From a bacterium (GTDB taxonomy: Bacteria; UBA8248): DNA of 64,000 nucleotides. Position 1 is the stretch's first letter. Every line of letters starts with the position of its first letter. This document shows, piece after piece, positions 9,809 to 19,554 of this stretch. The position numbers and the translations under genes are program-made. The stretch is taken from the NCBI GenBank assembly GCA_965207065.1, contig OZ242260.1, positions 1,600,001 through 1,664,000 of the forward strand, written 5' to 3'. The notes below the pieces were generated by a model. That model saw only the letters and a list, made by a program, of their open reading frames with translations. It made no database searches and was not told the origin of the DNA.

Positions 9809-10822
9809 TTATTCGTTCGGGTCATTGAGGATTTCGGTCACTTCCACCCGGCGTCCCTCTTTCGCTGAGCGCACGCCCGCGCGGATGACGGCGAGAGAGG
9901 ACACGGCGGCGTCGCCTTCCATCTCGGGCGCAGCGCCTCCGCGAACGGCGTCCGCGAATTCATCGAGCTCTTCCCTGATGGTGTCGTTCTTCTCGCACGC
10001 CACCGCCTGGGGCGCCTCCTCTCCCCGGTAGAGGACGCGCAGGCCGTCAAAGAGCGTGTAGTAGGCCGTGGCCGTCTTCCCGTAAATGTTCATGAGGTAA
10101 TACTCCGACGCCGAGGCGTAGCTCGCCGTCAGGTTCGAAATGGCGCCCGATTCGTGCTCGAGAATCAGGTTCGCCACGTCGGGATTGTCACCGGGGAGGA
10201 CGAGTTGCGCCGTCCGGCCCGATACGGCGACTATCGGCCCCATGAGGTAGGTCAGCACGTCGGCGTAGTGGATGCCTATCTGGAGCATGACGCCGCCCGG
10301 CATGGCGTCCGACTGGTAGCGCCAGTGGCCGAGTTCGAACTGGCCCTCCCTGTCCCTGCTGATGTTGCACTCCGCCTGCACGAGCCTGCCGAACTCGCCC
10401 GCTTCGATCTGGTTCCTGATCCAGCGGAAGTGGTTCTCCCGCCGCCGCTGGTAGCCGATGGCGAGCACCACGCCCGCCTCGGCGCACGCGCGGGTGAGCG
10501 CCTTGCCGTCGGCGACGGTGTGGGCGATGGGCTTATCGAGAAACACGTGCTTGCCCGCCTCCGCCGCCGCTTTCGTGGTTTCCAGGTGAACGTGGTTGGG
10601 CGTGGTGTTGATGACGGCCTCTATGGAGTCATCCGCCAGAATTTCCTCGTAGCTCGCGGCCGCCTCACAATTATATTTTTCGGCGAAGGCCGCGCGCTTG
10701 TCTTCCGAGCGCGTGAAGCAGGCGGCAATCTCTATCTTGTCGGTTCTGCCGATGGCGTCGGCCAGAACGTCCGACCACCAGCCCATGCCGAGTGCGGCCA
10801 CCCTCAGGGGTTTTGAGCTCAT
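9809..10822 (-). CDS. Gfo/Idh/MocA family oxidoreductase
   Basis: Rossmann start VAALGMGWWS, TPNHVH, AGKHVFLDKP, GGVMLQIGIH. Confidence 0.9.
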   Translation of the reverse strand: MSSKPLRVAALGMGWWSDVLADAIGRTDKIEIAACFTRSEDKRAAFAEKYNCEAAASYEEILADDSIEAVINTTPNHVHLETTKAAAEAGKHVFLDKPIAHTVADGKALTRACAEAGVVLAIGYQRRRENHFRWIRNQIEAGEFGRLVQAECNISRDREGQFELGHWRYQSDAMPGGVMLQIGIHYADVLTYLMGPIVAVSGRTAQLVLPGDNPDVANLILEHESGAISNLTASYASASEYYLMNIYGKTATAYYTLFDGLRVLYRGEEAPQAVACEKNDTIREELDEFADAVRGGAAPEMEGDAAVSSLAVIRAGVRSAKEGRRVEVTEILNDPNE

Positions 10823-10928
10823 TTTTTGTATGACTCCTTATGATGCCGATACAAGTGATGGAAAATGCTTTTGCGGGTTATGGCGAAGGCTCGTCGCGCC
10901 AGAGTATTCTTCAATCCGCGCCCCGGAA

Positions 10929-11366
10929 TTAAAAAGAAGCGCCCACCGCCTCGACGGCCACGCGCGCGATGGCCAAATCCTGCTCCCAGTCGCCCCCGCT
11001 GACGCCGATGCCGCCCAGGCACTCGCCCTCATAAAGAATCGGGAAGCCGCCCTCCATCGCCGTCCACCGCTCGGGACCTGCGGCCAGGGCCAATCCTAAG
11101 GCGTGGGCCGTATCCAGATGCTGCGCCTGCGCGCCCTGCGTGGTGGTGGGCCGCTTGTTCGAGGCCGAACACACCGCCTTGGTGGTGGATGAGTGAACGG
11201 TATGAAAACGCCCGCCGTCCATGCGCTCGAGCAGGACGAGGTGTCCGCCCGCGTCGGCGATGGCCACGGTGACGGGGATGCCGAACTCCTCCGCCTTGGC
11301 GATGGCGGCCGTCATCATCAGCTTGGCCCCCCTGGTGGTGAGTCGATGGGTACGGGCGAATGGCAT
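10929..11366 (-). CDS. GlcG/HbpS family heme-binding protein
   Basis: VTVAIADAGGHLVLLERMDG, GGFPI, GGIGVSGGDWEQD; start re-placed at MPFART after GGAGA. Confidence 0.85.
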   Translation of the reverse strand: MPFARTHRLTTRGAKLMMTAAIAKAEEFGIPVTVAIADAGGHLVLLERMDGGRFHTVHSSTTKAVCSASNKRPTTTQGAQAQHLDTAHALGLALAAGPERWTAMEGGFPILYEGECLGGIGVSGGDWEQDLAIARVAVEAVGASF

Positions 11367-11539
11367 GGATGCATCTCCTGTGTCTGTGGGCTTCCCGCAA
11401 AGCGAGCGAAATTTTCCACCTTTTAACAATTCATCCCCCTTTTGTCGATGATTCGGCTTTGCGCCCTCTCTTCCTTGTCTTGTGCTCAAGGCTCCTCCAT
11501 GATGCGCGCACCCCGGAAGTGCAGGAAAAGGAGAGTCAG

Positions 11540-12316
11540 GTGTCAGATGTCGTTTCCTTTATAGAGGAGACCGCGCGCAAGGCGGGCGCGCGCGCGATGG
11601 AGCTGTTCGGCCAGGTAGAGGCGGAATCCAAAGGACGCAGCATCGTCTCGCGCGCCGACAGGGAGGTGGAGCGGATCATCATCGGGGAGATTCGCGGGGC
11701 GTATCCGGACGATCCCGTCCTCGCGGAGGAAAGCGGCGCGAGCGGCGCGGGCGATATCGGCCCCGATACGCGCTGGTGGGCGATAGACCCCATCGACGGC
11801 ACGGGGCCTTATCTCAAAGGACTCCCCTTCTGGGCGGTCTCTATTGCGTGTCTGAGAGGCTCGCGCGTCGTGGCGGGCGTCGTCCACATGCCCGCGATGG
11901 GGCAAATCTTCACAGCCGAGGCTTCAGGCCCTGCCATGAGAAACGGCGCGCCGCTGGCGCAAGTCAGTCAGGGGGTTCCCGGCGATCACGATTATCTCTT
12001 CGTGCCGTGCGGCGAGGTGGCGGGTCTCTCGCACCAATACCCCGGACGCTTTCTGGCGCTGGCGTCCGCCGCCTGCCACATTTGCCTGACGGCGGCTGGG
12101 TCGGCCTTCGGCACGCTGATGGAGCCGATTCGCGCGTATGACTTCGCCGCTGCAGCGCTCATCTACGAACGCGCGGGGGGAAGCGTCGGCTACCTCTCGG
12201 GAGCGGAGATCGACTACGCCGCGCTGGCGGATGGACGCCGGGCGCCCGAGCCCGTCCTGGCAGCGCCGGCAGGGCAAATCGACTGGCTGAGGGAGAGAGT
12301 GTTCTGGGAGCAGTAG
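11540..12316 (+). CDS. Inositol monophosphatase family protein
   Basis: ADREVE, VLAEES, WAIDPIDGT, YDFAAA; GTG start after AAGGAGAG. Confidence 0.88.
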   Translation: MSDVVSFIEETARKAGARAMELFGQVEAESKGRSIVSRADREVERIIIGEIRGAYPDDPVLAEESGASGAGDIGPDTRWWAIDPIDGTGPYLKGLPFWAVSIACLRGSRVVAGVVHMPAMGQIFTAEASGPAMRNGAPLAQVSQGVPGDHDYLFVPCGEVAGLSHQYPGRFLALASAACHICLTAAGSAFGTLMEPIRAYDFAAAALIYERAGGSVGYLSGAEIDYAALADGRRAPEPVLAAPAGQIDWLRERVFWEQ

Positions 12317-12371
12317 GGACAGGCCCCCGTGCCTGTCCGTGGCCGCTTAATCAACAGCCCTTACGCCGAGC

Positions 12372-13175
12372 CTACATCCACATGCCGGCGCGCTGCATCA
12401 TCTGGTCGAGCTGGAAGCTCACGCGGTCCGCGCACTCGAACGGCGTCGTGTGGCCGGCGCCCTCCACCAACTCGATGACGGAATCGCCCAGCCCCTCGTG
12501 CAGGTCGGTCATCTGCGCGTGCGGCACCAGCGCGTCGCCCGTGCCGCCGAACACCAGGCAGGGCACGGCGATTTCGCCCAGGCGCGGCGTCAGCTCCTCG
12601 CGCGTACGAAGCGCGTCGATGAGCGAGGCGATCTGGTCCGGGATCTGAGAGAGCACGACCTTCTGCGTGGCCTCGATTTCGAGCGGATGGGAGGCGATGT
12701 AGGCGGGCGCGAACAGGCTCTCGATGAAGTGCCCGGCGAACCCCGCCATTCCCTCGTCGATGACGGTCTGCATGTGCTGCAGGCGCACCTTTTTTCCCTC
12801 TTCTGTATCCGCCGCCGCCCGTGTGCTGATGAACCCGCACGCGCGCACCTTGAGCGGGTGGCGGAGCACCATCTGGAGCAGGATGTAGCCGCCCAGCGAG
12901 AAGCCCGCCACGGCGGCGGCGCTGATGTCGAGCGCGCCGAGAAAGCCCGCCATGTCGTCGGCCATCATCGAGACCGTGATTTGGCCGCCGTCGTGGGGCG
13001 TGCGCCCCATGCCGCGCAAGTCGGGGACCAGGAGGCGGTAGCTGCTCTGCAGGGCTTCCACCTGCGGCGCCCAGATGGTGTGATCCAGCGAAAAGCCGTG
13101 CAGGAGCAGGAGCGGCGGCCCGCTCCCCGATTCCTGGTAGGCGATGTCGATTCCGTTCACGGATACGGTTTTCAT
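12372..13175 (-). CDS. alpha/beta fold hydrolase
   Basis: LLLHGF, PDLRGMG, GFSLGG, GTGDALVP, GAGH; start MKTVSV. Confidence 0.88.
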   Translation of the reverse strand: MKTVSVNGIDIAYQESGSGPPLLLLHGFSLDHTIWAPQVEALQSSYRLLVPDLRGMGRTPHDGGQITVSMMADDMAGFLGALDISAAAVAGFSLGGYILLQMVLRHPLKVRACGFISTRAAADTEEGKKVRLQHMQTVIDEGMAGFAGHFIESLFAPAYIASHPLEIEATQKVVLSQIPDQIASLIDALRTREELTPRLGEIAVPCLVFGGTGDALVPHAQMTDLHEGLGDSVIELVEGAGHTTPFECADRVSFQLDQMMQRAGMWM

Positions 13176-13177
13176 GG

Positions 13178-13276
13178 CGCGCTCCCATCGTGTCTGAACC
13201 GGCTTGTAGACGCCGAGTTGTTTTTTGAGGACTTGGATTCTAGCACACGGGAGAAAGAGCCGGAACGCGGGGAGGG
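13178..13276. repeat. Direct repeat A, copy 1 (others 18411-18508, 21306-21398)
   Basis: CGCTCCCATCGTGTCTGAACCGGCTTG...GATTCTAGCACACGGGAGAAAGAGCCGGAACG recurs three times in the same orientation. Confidence 0.9.
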
Positions 13277-13325
13277 TTAGGCGGCGTGCAATGTGGGGAA
13301 GAGTTAATCTCATAGGCGAAAAATG

Positions 13326-13353
13326 AAGGGGGCGGCCGCAAAGCCGCCCCCTC
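13326..13353 (-). terminator. GC-rich hairpin, probable terminator after lipoprotein gene
   Basis: GGGGGCGGC-CGCAAA-GCCGCCCCC stem with A-run to the left (U-run on minus strand). Confidence 0.6.
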
Positions 13354-13361
13354 ACGGTTGA

Positions 13362-14549
13362 TTATTGTTTATACGCCCCGAAAGCGCCGGTGATGGCCTG
13401 GAGATCATCGGCCGTCTTGGCGCCGAAGGTGCCTGCCACCGAACCAGGATGATCGGTCGCGCTTGCTCCGTTGCCGAATAGCCTGCCGCCCCATTTGCCC
13501 GTCAGGCCTTCGCCGCTGGTGTCGCCATTAAAATTTGAACCACTCTGGGTGAATTCGGCGGGCTCAAGTGTCAGTTCGGGCAGGGCTACGCCTCCATCCG
13601 TCATACCTTCGGTGATTGTTCCGGAGACGCTTCCGAACTCGCTCTCATCGCCGAAATCAGCCGTCAGTCTCGCCTTCGCGTTGAAGTAATCGAATGCTGG
13701 TGTAGCGTCGGCGTTTTCCTTTGTCATGTGCAGGCCGGTCGCGGGGCCTTCGTATGTCGCTTCTCCTGTGAGGGGGGCTGTATTGCTTCTTTCGAAAGGA
13801 TCGTTGCCGCTGGCAAAAATAACCAGACCATAGTTGGAAGCGTCGTCTCTTCTCTGTTTTCTGACCCGAACCCAATACCCCAGAACCAGATAATCAGAAT
13901 CTGAGTTGCCATTGATATCGGATAAGGCATCCACATGGTAATACCATGAAGGGGATTCATCCCGGAACTCAACGCCTTTCCAGCCTGCCGCCGGGATGTC
14001 CTTGATCCTGTTGACCGACGCTTCCGGTTCGTTTGTGGAAAGTCTGGTCGCACTACCGCTATCAGGCACAACTCTCACGAAAACATCCAGCATTCCGTCG
14101 GCGCCATATTCCGCCCTGGCGGATATTCTTCTGTTCGTCACGCCGCCTCTTGTTGAAGAGTTCTGCGTCACGCTGCTGATTGTTGGTCCCAGCCTGGTGG
14201 AGGTCAGACCTCTTGGCTGGTTTATAGCCGTTTGCAGGATGTCTCTCACAACGTCATCATCACTGTCATTGGCGTGCTCCGTAGCCTGGATTTCATTGAT
14301 ATTGCTAAGCATTAACTCTCGGCGCATCGGTTCCTGGCCACCACTGCCAGGCATCTCCTGGCCACCTTCATCGGGCATTTGCTGGCCGCCGCCAGTCATC
14401 TCCTGGCTATCATCGCCGGGCATCATTGCGCTACTGCCCCCGCCTCCCCCGCCACAGCCTGATAATGTGAAAACACAAACAAGGACTACCAAAATCCCTG
14501 CGAAACGAAATGAGGTATTGTTGAGTATTTGTTTGTCGAGTCGCGCCAT
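13362..14549 (-). CDS. Surface lipoprotein with C-terminal TbpB/transferrin-binding-like beta-barrel
   Basis: Lipobox LSGC then Gly run; DYLVLGYW, ATYEGPATG, ARLTADFG, WGGRLFG, SVAGTFGA, GAFGA; start MARLDKQ. Confidence 0.75.
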   Translation of the reverse strand: MARLDKQILNNTSFRFAGILVVLVCVFTLSGCGGGGGGSSAMMPGDDSQEMTGGGQQMPDEGGQEMPGSGGQEPMRRELMLSNINEIQATEHANDSDDDVVRDILQTAINQPRGLTSTRLGPTISSVTQNSSTRGGVTNRRISARAEYGADGMLDVFVRVVPDSGSATRLSTNEPEASVNRIKDIPAAGWKGVEFRDESPSWYYHVDALSDINGNSDSDYLVLGYWVRVRKQRRDDASNYGLVIFASGNDPFERSNTAPLTGEATYEGPATGLHMTKENADATPAFDYFNAKARLTADFGDESEFGSVSGTITEGMTDGGVALPELTLEPAEFTQSGSNFNGDTSGEGLTGKWGGRLFGNGASATDHPGSVAGTFGAKTADDLQAITGAFGAYKQ

Positions 14550-14732
14550 TTTGTTTCCCCTAAATTTTAGAAACCAACCAGTGGTAAGCATGATCGAGAC
14601 GACCCCCGACAGGGCGATCGACCCTTCGCTGTGTGCGCTCATTCCGATGGCTGCTTTGCTCCCGTCTGCTGCAATCCAAAATCCTCGGCTCCGGTGATAC
14701 CCGAAGCCGCCAAGAGTTCGATCACATGCTCG

Positions 14733-14885
14733 CAAACGCCACGAAGTTTCACGCCGGCTCCGTTCCAATGTCGCTGAAGAGATATTTGAATTATAGAAAT
14801 TCGCACACTCCTTCGCGTCCCCAGTTTTGGGGAGTTCCAGTATTTTTTTGCAATTTCCAAGGAGTTATCGGGAAGATATACGGCG
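14733..14885 (-). promoter_or_regulatory. Direct repeat C copy 1: duplicated promoter with TATAAT (14790-14795) and TCCCCA-N4-TGGGGA box (14818-14833)
   Basis: 153 bp nearly identical to 16869-17021. Confidence 0.75.
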
Positions 14886-15061
14886 ACGGATATCGCGGCG
14901 GCCCGGGTGGAGAAGTTCCATGCGACGCCGTACGATGAATAATCGAATCCACGTTCGTCGTGCTTGTATGCCACCGAATACCATTTGCGGCTGTCTTCCG
15001 CGCTCGCCTCGGCAGCGAGCAGGGCAAGCAGAAGACCGGACACGGTAGTAATTTACTTCAT
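14886..15061 (-). pseudogene. Truncated secreted protein remnant (DUF4189-like)
   Basis: RBS AGGAGA, ATG AAG TAA premature stop, then signal peptide and YGVAWNFSTRAAAISVA; cut by repeat C. Confidence 0.55.
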
Positions 15062-15090
15062 ACTTGTCTCTCCTGGATTCGACTCCTCTG

Positions 15091-15843
15091 TTATCGGGAT
15101 ATCAGGTGCTTTTTGAAGAATCGCACCACGTGATCGCGGGATTTGTGAGCCGCATCTTCATCCCATCTCATAATTCGACCGCGCCGGTTGCGATTCACTC
15201 CTTCCTTGTCGAACCCGTGATGCGCGCCTTCAAAGAAAATCACGGGCACGTTGTGGTTGTGCTGGAATTGAAAGCACCTGTCGGGATCCACAATCGTGTC
15301 GGCGGTGCCCATCAGCATCAACATCGGAAGATTGTACAGACTCACCCTGGGGCTTCGCGTGCATCCGCCGTAGATCCCCACGTGGGCGGCGAAGACCGGG
15401 GCATGGGTCTTTTCGGTATTCACCATACGAAACGCCACCGTGCCGCCGAAAGACCACCCCATGATCCCGACGCGCTCGCCGTCCACGTCGGAGCGTTTGC
15501 GAATCCGTTTTGCAGCCGCCAACACCACCGGAATGTAGTCATCCGCCGGGGGGCGATCATGGCGGTTCCTGAAGATGCCCTTCTTGATGTCCAAGATGAA
15601 GGTAGCTATCCCTGCGCGCAACAGGTGCGATCGGTAAAACTTCTGCCTCCGATCCACGCCCGACGTTCCCGGGATCATGACCACCAGCGGGACGGGGCCT
15701 GCCGCCTTCGGCAGGTGAAGCTTCGTGCCGTACCGCTTGCCGTCAACTGTAATCGAGCCGCGTTCGGTTGAAGCTCCATAAGCCGCCAGGGGCAGCAGCT
15801 CCGCCAAGGCAAGGCTTACGCAAAGCGAAAATATTTTCGGCAT
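15091..15843 (-). CDS. Secreted dienelactone hydrolase family protein
   Basis: Signal peptide; GIMGWSFGG, MGTADTIV, GAHHGFD. Confidence 0.85.
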   Translation of the reverse strand: MPKIFSLCVSLALAELLPLAAYGASTERGSITVDGKRYGTKLHLPKAAGPVPLVVMIPGTSGVDRRQKFYRSHLLRAGIATFILDIKKGIFRNRHDRPPADDYIPVVLAAAKRIRKRSDVDGERVGIMGWSFGGTVAFRMVNTEKTHAPVFAAHVGIYGGCTRSPRVSLYNLPMLMLMGTADTIVDPDRCFQFQHNHNVPVIFFEGAHHGFDKEGVNRNRRGRIMRWDEDAAHKSRDHVVRFFKKHLISR

Positions 15844-15877
15844 GGGAATCCTCCTGAATATGGCCTCCTGGGGCGTT

Positions 15878-16543
15878 TCACTGTTTCCAGGCGTTCGTCA
15901 TTCCCTCGTTGGGGACGTAGCGGTAGATGTGATCCAACCTGTCCCTCCTGGACCAATACTCGAATTTAAGTTCGCTCAGGTGGCCTTTATCATCCAGACC
16001 GACATGGGTGATTTTCAACGAAGTCTTGACGCAGTCTGTCTTAACGCCAATTTTCCACCCGTGTCCGGCAGGAAACTTGCAGCGTCCAATACGGTAATAT
16101 CGTGGCTTCCGGCTGTCATACAGCCTGCCGATCCCTTTCTCATGACAGGTGAAGTACTGCTCCTTGAACCCCTGGACCTTTTCCCGGACCCAGACCATTT
16201 CTTCTTTGTCCGTTTTGGGGTTCTTCCATTTCTTCGGGCCCCAGATCCTCGTCTGGCTCCTGTTGTTGACGGTGAAGGTGTTGTCGGCCTTGTGCATGCA
16301 AGGCCCGTCCTTGCGGCCGTCCCACTTCGCGCCGGTCCAGAGATGATACGGAACGAACATTTTACGGGTCTCGCAATCATAGAGGTTCTTTACGTGCCAG
16401 GGAGATGAACTTTGCGGATAGTCCACGCAGGCGAGCTTGTGGAATTTATCCGCTGTTGCCTCTTCCGCCCATGCAGGCGTAAAGAGACCAAGGAGAAACC
16501 CGCTTGCAATAAGAGTCAGCAACACCGAGTGTAAAGTCTTCAT
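15878..16543 (-). CDS. Secreted Cys-containing hypothetical protein
   Basis: GGAGA RBS, signal peptide ending AWA, six Cys, basic mature part; no family recognised. Confidence 0.7.
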   Translation of the reverse strand: MKTLHSVLLTLIASGFLLGLFTPAWAEEATADKFHKLACVDYPQSSSPWHVKNLYDCETRKMFVPYHLWTGAKWDGRKDGPCMHKADNTFTVNNRSQTRIWGPKKWKNPKTDKEEMVWVREKVQGFKEQYFTCHEKGIGRLYDSRKPRYYRIGRCKFPAGHGWKIGVKTDCVKTSLKITHVGLDDKGHLSELKFEYWSRRDRLDHIYRYVPNEGMTNAWKQ

Positions 16544-16868
16544 GTCTATTTCCTCTCCATTGCCCTCATCCAATATAGAACGACACAATTGTTAAAAATG
16601 GTCATTACGGTGTTAACCGTCTGCAGCTATCGATCATCCAGCCCAAAGGCGTCCCGAGCCTCGAAAGCGCGTAACATCCGACGGGCCGAATGGCCCACTC
16701 CATGTGCGAGTATGAGCTTCCAATTGAAATCCCACCCCTTTTCAAGCGCCAAGGCTCGCGCGGCTTTGAATGCATTCTTGCCGCGCTCCAAGCGATTCTT
16801 TCCTTGACGGACGGCTCCCGCCCTGCGGCTAAGACTCCGTTTTCGCGTATCTTTCGAGCCCATCCTCA

Positions 16869-17021
16869 CAAACGCCACGAAGTTTCATGCCGGCTCCGTT
16901 CCAATGTCGCTGATGAGATGTTTGAATTATAGAAATTCGCACACGTCTTCGCGTCCCCAGTTTTGAGGAGTTCCAGTATTTTTTTGCAATTTCCAAGGAG
17001 TTTTTGGGAAGAAATACGGCG
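16869..17021 (-). promoter_or_regulatory. Direct repeat C copy 2: promoter with TATAAT (16926-16931) and box variant TCCCCAGTTTTGAGGA (16954-16969)
   Basis: Near-identical to 14733-14885. Confidence 0.75.
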
Positions 17022-17050
17022 CCAGCGACAGCCCAGGGCTACTCCTGCCT

Positions 17051-18199
17051 TCAGTCTTGAGGCTCCGGAATGCCAGCCAGAGCCAGTATAAGCCGTACCA
17101 GATCGACCTGCCGTGAGAGGCCGTGTTTTGTGAAGATGTGCTTCACGTGCGTGCGGATCGTGCTTTCCTTCCGGCCCATCGCCGCGGCAATCTCACGGAC
17201 GCTCTTGCCTTCGGCCAAAAGCACCGCCACCCGGCTCTCCATTCCCGTCAGGCCGAGAGCCACCCTGGTCACGGCCGGATCGATGCGTAATCGGCTCTCC
17301 GGGTCGACGACCAGTACGAGCGCCGCGACCGGCCAGGCGCGGAAATCCGACTCTTGCCAAACGACCGGGTTGACGTGTATCAGCAGCGGAAGGGCCGATG
17401 CGCGTCTGATCATCGTTGAACCGGCGACGCCCTGAACCTGGAACGGCGGCAGCGCGCGCTTGAGCAGTTGCTGGAGTTTGGCGTTTTCCTCCGGCGTTCG
17501 GGCGAACAGGAAACCGTGCGCGTCGAAAAGACCGTCTCCGCTCCGCAGCAAATCCCGGGCGCGGCCGTTCATATCGACGATTCGCCCGCGCCGGTCGAGT
17601 TGGATGTTGCCCAGCCCTGTGGTGTCGAGCAATCCCGTTAAGGACGCGCCAAGCGCATCCGTGCCTGCCAGCGCCTGCCGGACGCGCACGTATTGGCGGA
17701 TATGGGGCTGTAGACGCCGGACCAAATCGAGCCGGGCGGACGACCAGTCTTCACTGCCAACCGGGTCGTAGACGCCCCAGAAAATGCTCGAACCGTCCGG
17801 TCCGTCCAGGCGCATGTTGATGCTGTTCCGGTAATGCACAAGGGTCGAGAAATCGTTGTATACCGCGGAGGTTTTCCGCTCATACTCGGAGTACAAGTCG
17901 TTCAGATGGATCAGTTGGCCGTCGGGCATTCGCTGCGCGCGGGGAACCCGCTCGTCCAGGGGGTAATAGACCTCGTAGTACACGCGTTCCCATTCGCGGT
18001 TCCGTTGGCCGTGATAGAAAAACCCCAAAAAGTAAATCTGGATGTTCTCAGGGGAGTTTAAGTCAACCAGCACCAAGCCGTTGCCGTGTACATTCAGGGT
18101 ATCGTCGATCAGCGCGGAGGCGGTCGACCAGTGCGTATCGTCCAGCGCCGCCTCGTGCAACGACGCCAGGATGCGATCGAACGCCTCCCGTTCGCTCAT
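17051..18199 (-). CDS. LuxR-family HTH transcriptional regulator with large N-terminal sensory (GAF/PAS-like) region
   Basis: C-terminal LTGMESRVAVLLAEGKSVREIAAAMGRKESTIRTHVKHIFTKHGLSRQVDLV. Confidence 0.9.
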   Translation of the reverse strand: MSEREAFDRILASLHEAALDDTHWSTASALIDDTLNVHGNGLVLVDLNSPENIQIYFLGFFYHGQRNREWERVYYEVYYPLDERVPRAQRMPDGQLIHLNDLYSEYERKTSAVYNDFSTLVHYRNSINMRLDGPDGSSIFWGVYDPVGSEDWSSARLDLVRRLQPHIRQYVRVRQALAGTDALGASLTGLLDTTGLGNIQLDRRGRIVDMNGRARDLLRSGDGLFDAHGFLFARTPEENAKLQQLLKRALPPFQVQGVAGSTMIRRASALPLLIHVNPVVWQESDFRAWPVAALVLVVDPESRLRIDPAVTRVALGLTGMESRVAVLLAEGKSVREIAAAMGRKESTIRTHVKHIFTKHGLSRQVDLVRLILALAGIPEPQD

Positions 18200-18264
18200 G
18201 GCGGATACCTCGCTTGCTGTTCCTCGGCCGACCTATACCTCATCGTCTCGTGAGGTATAGGCCC

Positions 18265-18508
18265 TTCTGTTCCGAGTTTTCAGGCCAAACAACAATACTT
18301 AAAGTATAGGATATCGCGCGCTTGTTCTCTTCCCCAATATTGGGGAGTTTTTGCGAAATCTTTCGCAGCGGCTTGGGAGTCTTCAGGAAGGTGCATTACG
18401 TGAGCGCCGACGCGCTCCCATCGTGTCTGAACCGGCTTGTAGACGCTGAGTTGTCGTTAGAGGCATCGATTCTAGCACACGGGAGAAAGAGCCGGAACGT
18501 TGGGAGGG
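18265..18508. repeat. Direct repeat B+A copy: promoter with TATACT (18303-18308, minus strand) and palindrome TCCCCAATATTGGGGA (18331-18346) joined to repeat A
   Basis: About 245 bp closely matching 21158-21398. Confidence 0.9.
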
Positions 18509-18735
18509 GGTGGATGCTTCAAGATCAAGGGAGGGATTTCCACCTGCTCTTTTTAAGATTACAGGGCCGCGCTCTCGAAAAAATTTCAGGCTTGCATTGC
18601 TACCCTCTTCATGGTACTTGGGCCTCGTGATTTCGCTCCGTCACGGTCATGCGCTCAGTCAGTGGCTTGGCGAGCCGCCAACCGGCGGGATCACAAAGCT
18701 TTTCGGGATGGACACTTTCTGAGGTTTCTCATCCG

Positions 18736-19554
18736 ATGAGCCCCGCGCCGCCCGGCCTCGTTCACTTCCGAAGCGTCTTCATATCCGACATCCACCTGGG
18801 CACCAAAACCGCCCAGCCCGCAGCACTGCTCGAATTCCTCAAAGTGGTCGAGAGCGACAGGCTCTACCTCGTCGGCGACGTCATCGACAACTGGGCGCTC
18901 AAGCGCAACTGGTACTGGCACCAGACTCACAACGACGTCATCCAGAAACTCCTCCGGAAGGCGCGCAAGGGCACCAAGGTCTTCTACATTCCCGGCAATC
19001 ACGACGAGATGTTCCGCGACTTCTGCGGGCAGCACTTCGGCCGCGTGCGGGTGCGGCACGATTACGTGCACCGCACGGCGGACGGCAAGAAATACCTGGT
19101 GCTCCACGGCGATCAGTTCGACGGCGTCGTCCTCTACGCCAAGTGGCTGGCGCACTTCGGAGACCGCGCCTACAAGACGGCCATCTGGGTCAACCAGCGG
19201 TTCAACAAGCTCAGGCGCGTGGTGGGCCTGCCCTACTGGTCGCTCTCGGCCTATCTCAAGCGCAACGTGAAGCGCGCCGTGGAGTTCATCTCCAATCTCG
19301 AGCAGGCGGTCGTGCGAGCGGCGCGTGACGCAGGCGCCGACGGCGTCATCTGCGGGCACATCCACACGCCCGACATGCGCATGATCGAGGGAATCCACTA
19401 CTGCAACGACGGCGATTGGGTGGAGAGCTGCACGGCCCTGGTCGAGCACATGGACGGACGCCTCGAACTCATCTACTGGAACGAATACAAGAAAACCCTG
19501 GAGGAGGAACATGCGCGTTCTCATAGCGACGGACGCCTGGCGGCCGCAGGTTAA
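18736..19554 (+). CDS. UDP-2,3-diacylglucosamine diphosphatase-like metallophosphoesterase
   Basis: ISDIHLG, VGDVID, PGNHD, LHGD, CGHIH, NDGDWVES. Confidence 0.88.
   Translation: MSPAPPGLVHFRSVFISDIHLGTKTAQPAALLEFLKVVESDRLYLVGDVIDNWALKRNWYWHQTHNDVIQKLLRKARKGTKVFYIPGNHDEMFRDFCGQHFGRVRVRHDYVHRTADGKKYLVLHGDQFDGVVLYAKWLAHFGDRAYKTAIWVNQRFNKLRRVVGLPYWSLSAYLKRNVKRAVEFISNLEQAVVRAARDAGADGVICGHIHTPDMRMIEGIHYCNDGDWVESCTALVEHMDGRLELIYWNEYKKTLEEEHARSHSDGRLAAAG

Noticed and set aside
16627-16878. 83-aa minus-strand ORF between promoter C2 and the secreted gene
   Set aside because: Starts inside the repeat, no clear RBS or recognisable motif; more likely leader or remnant
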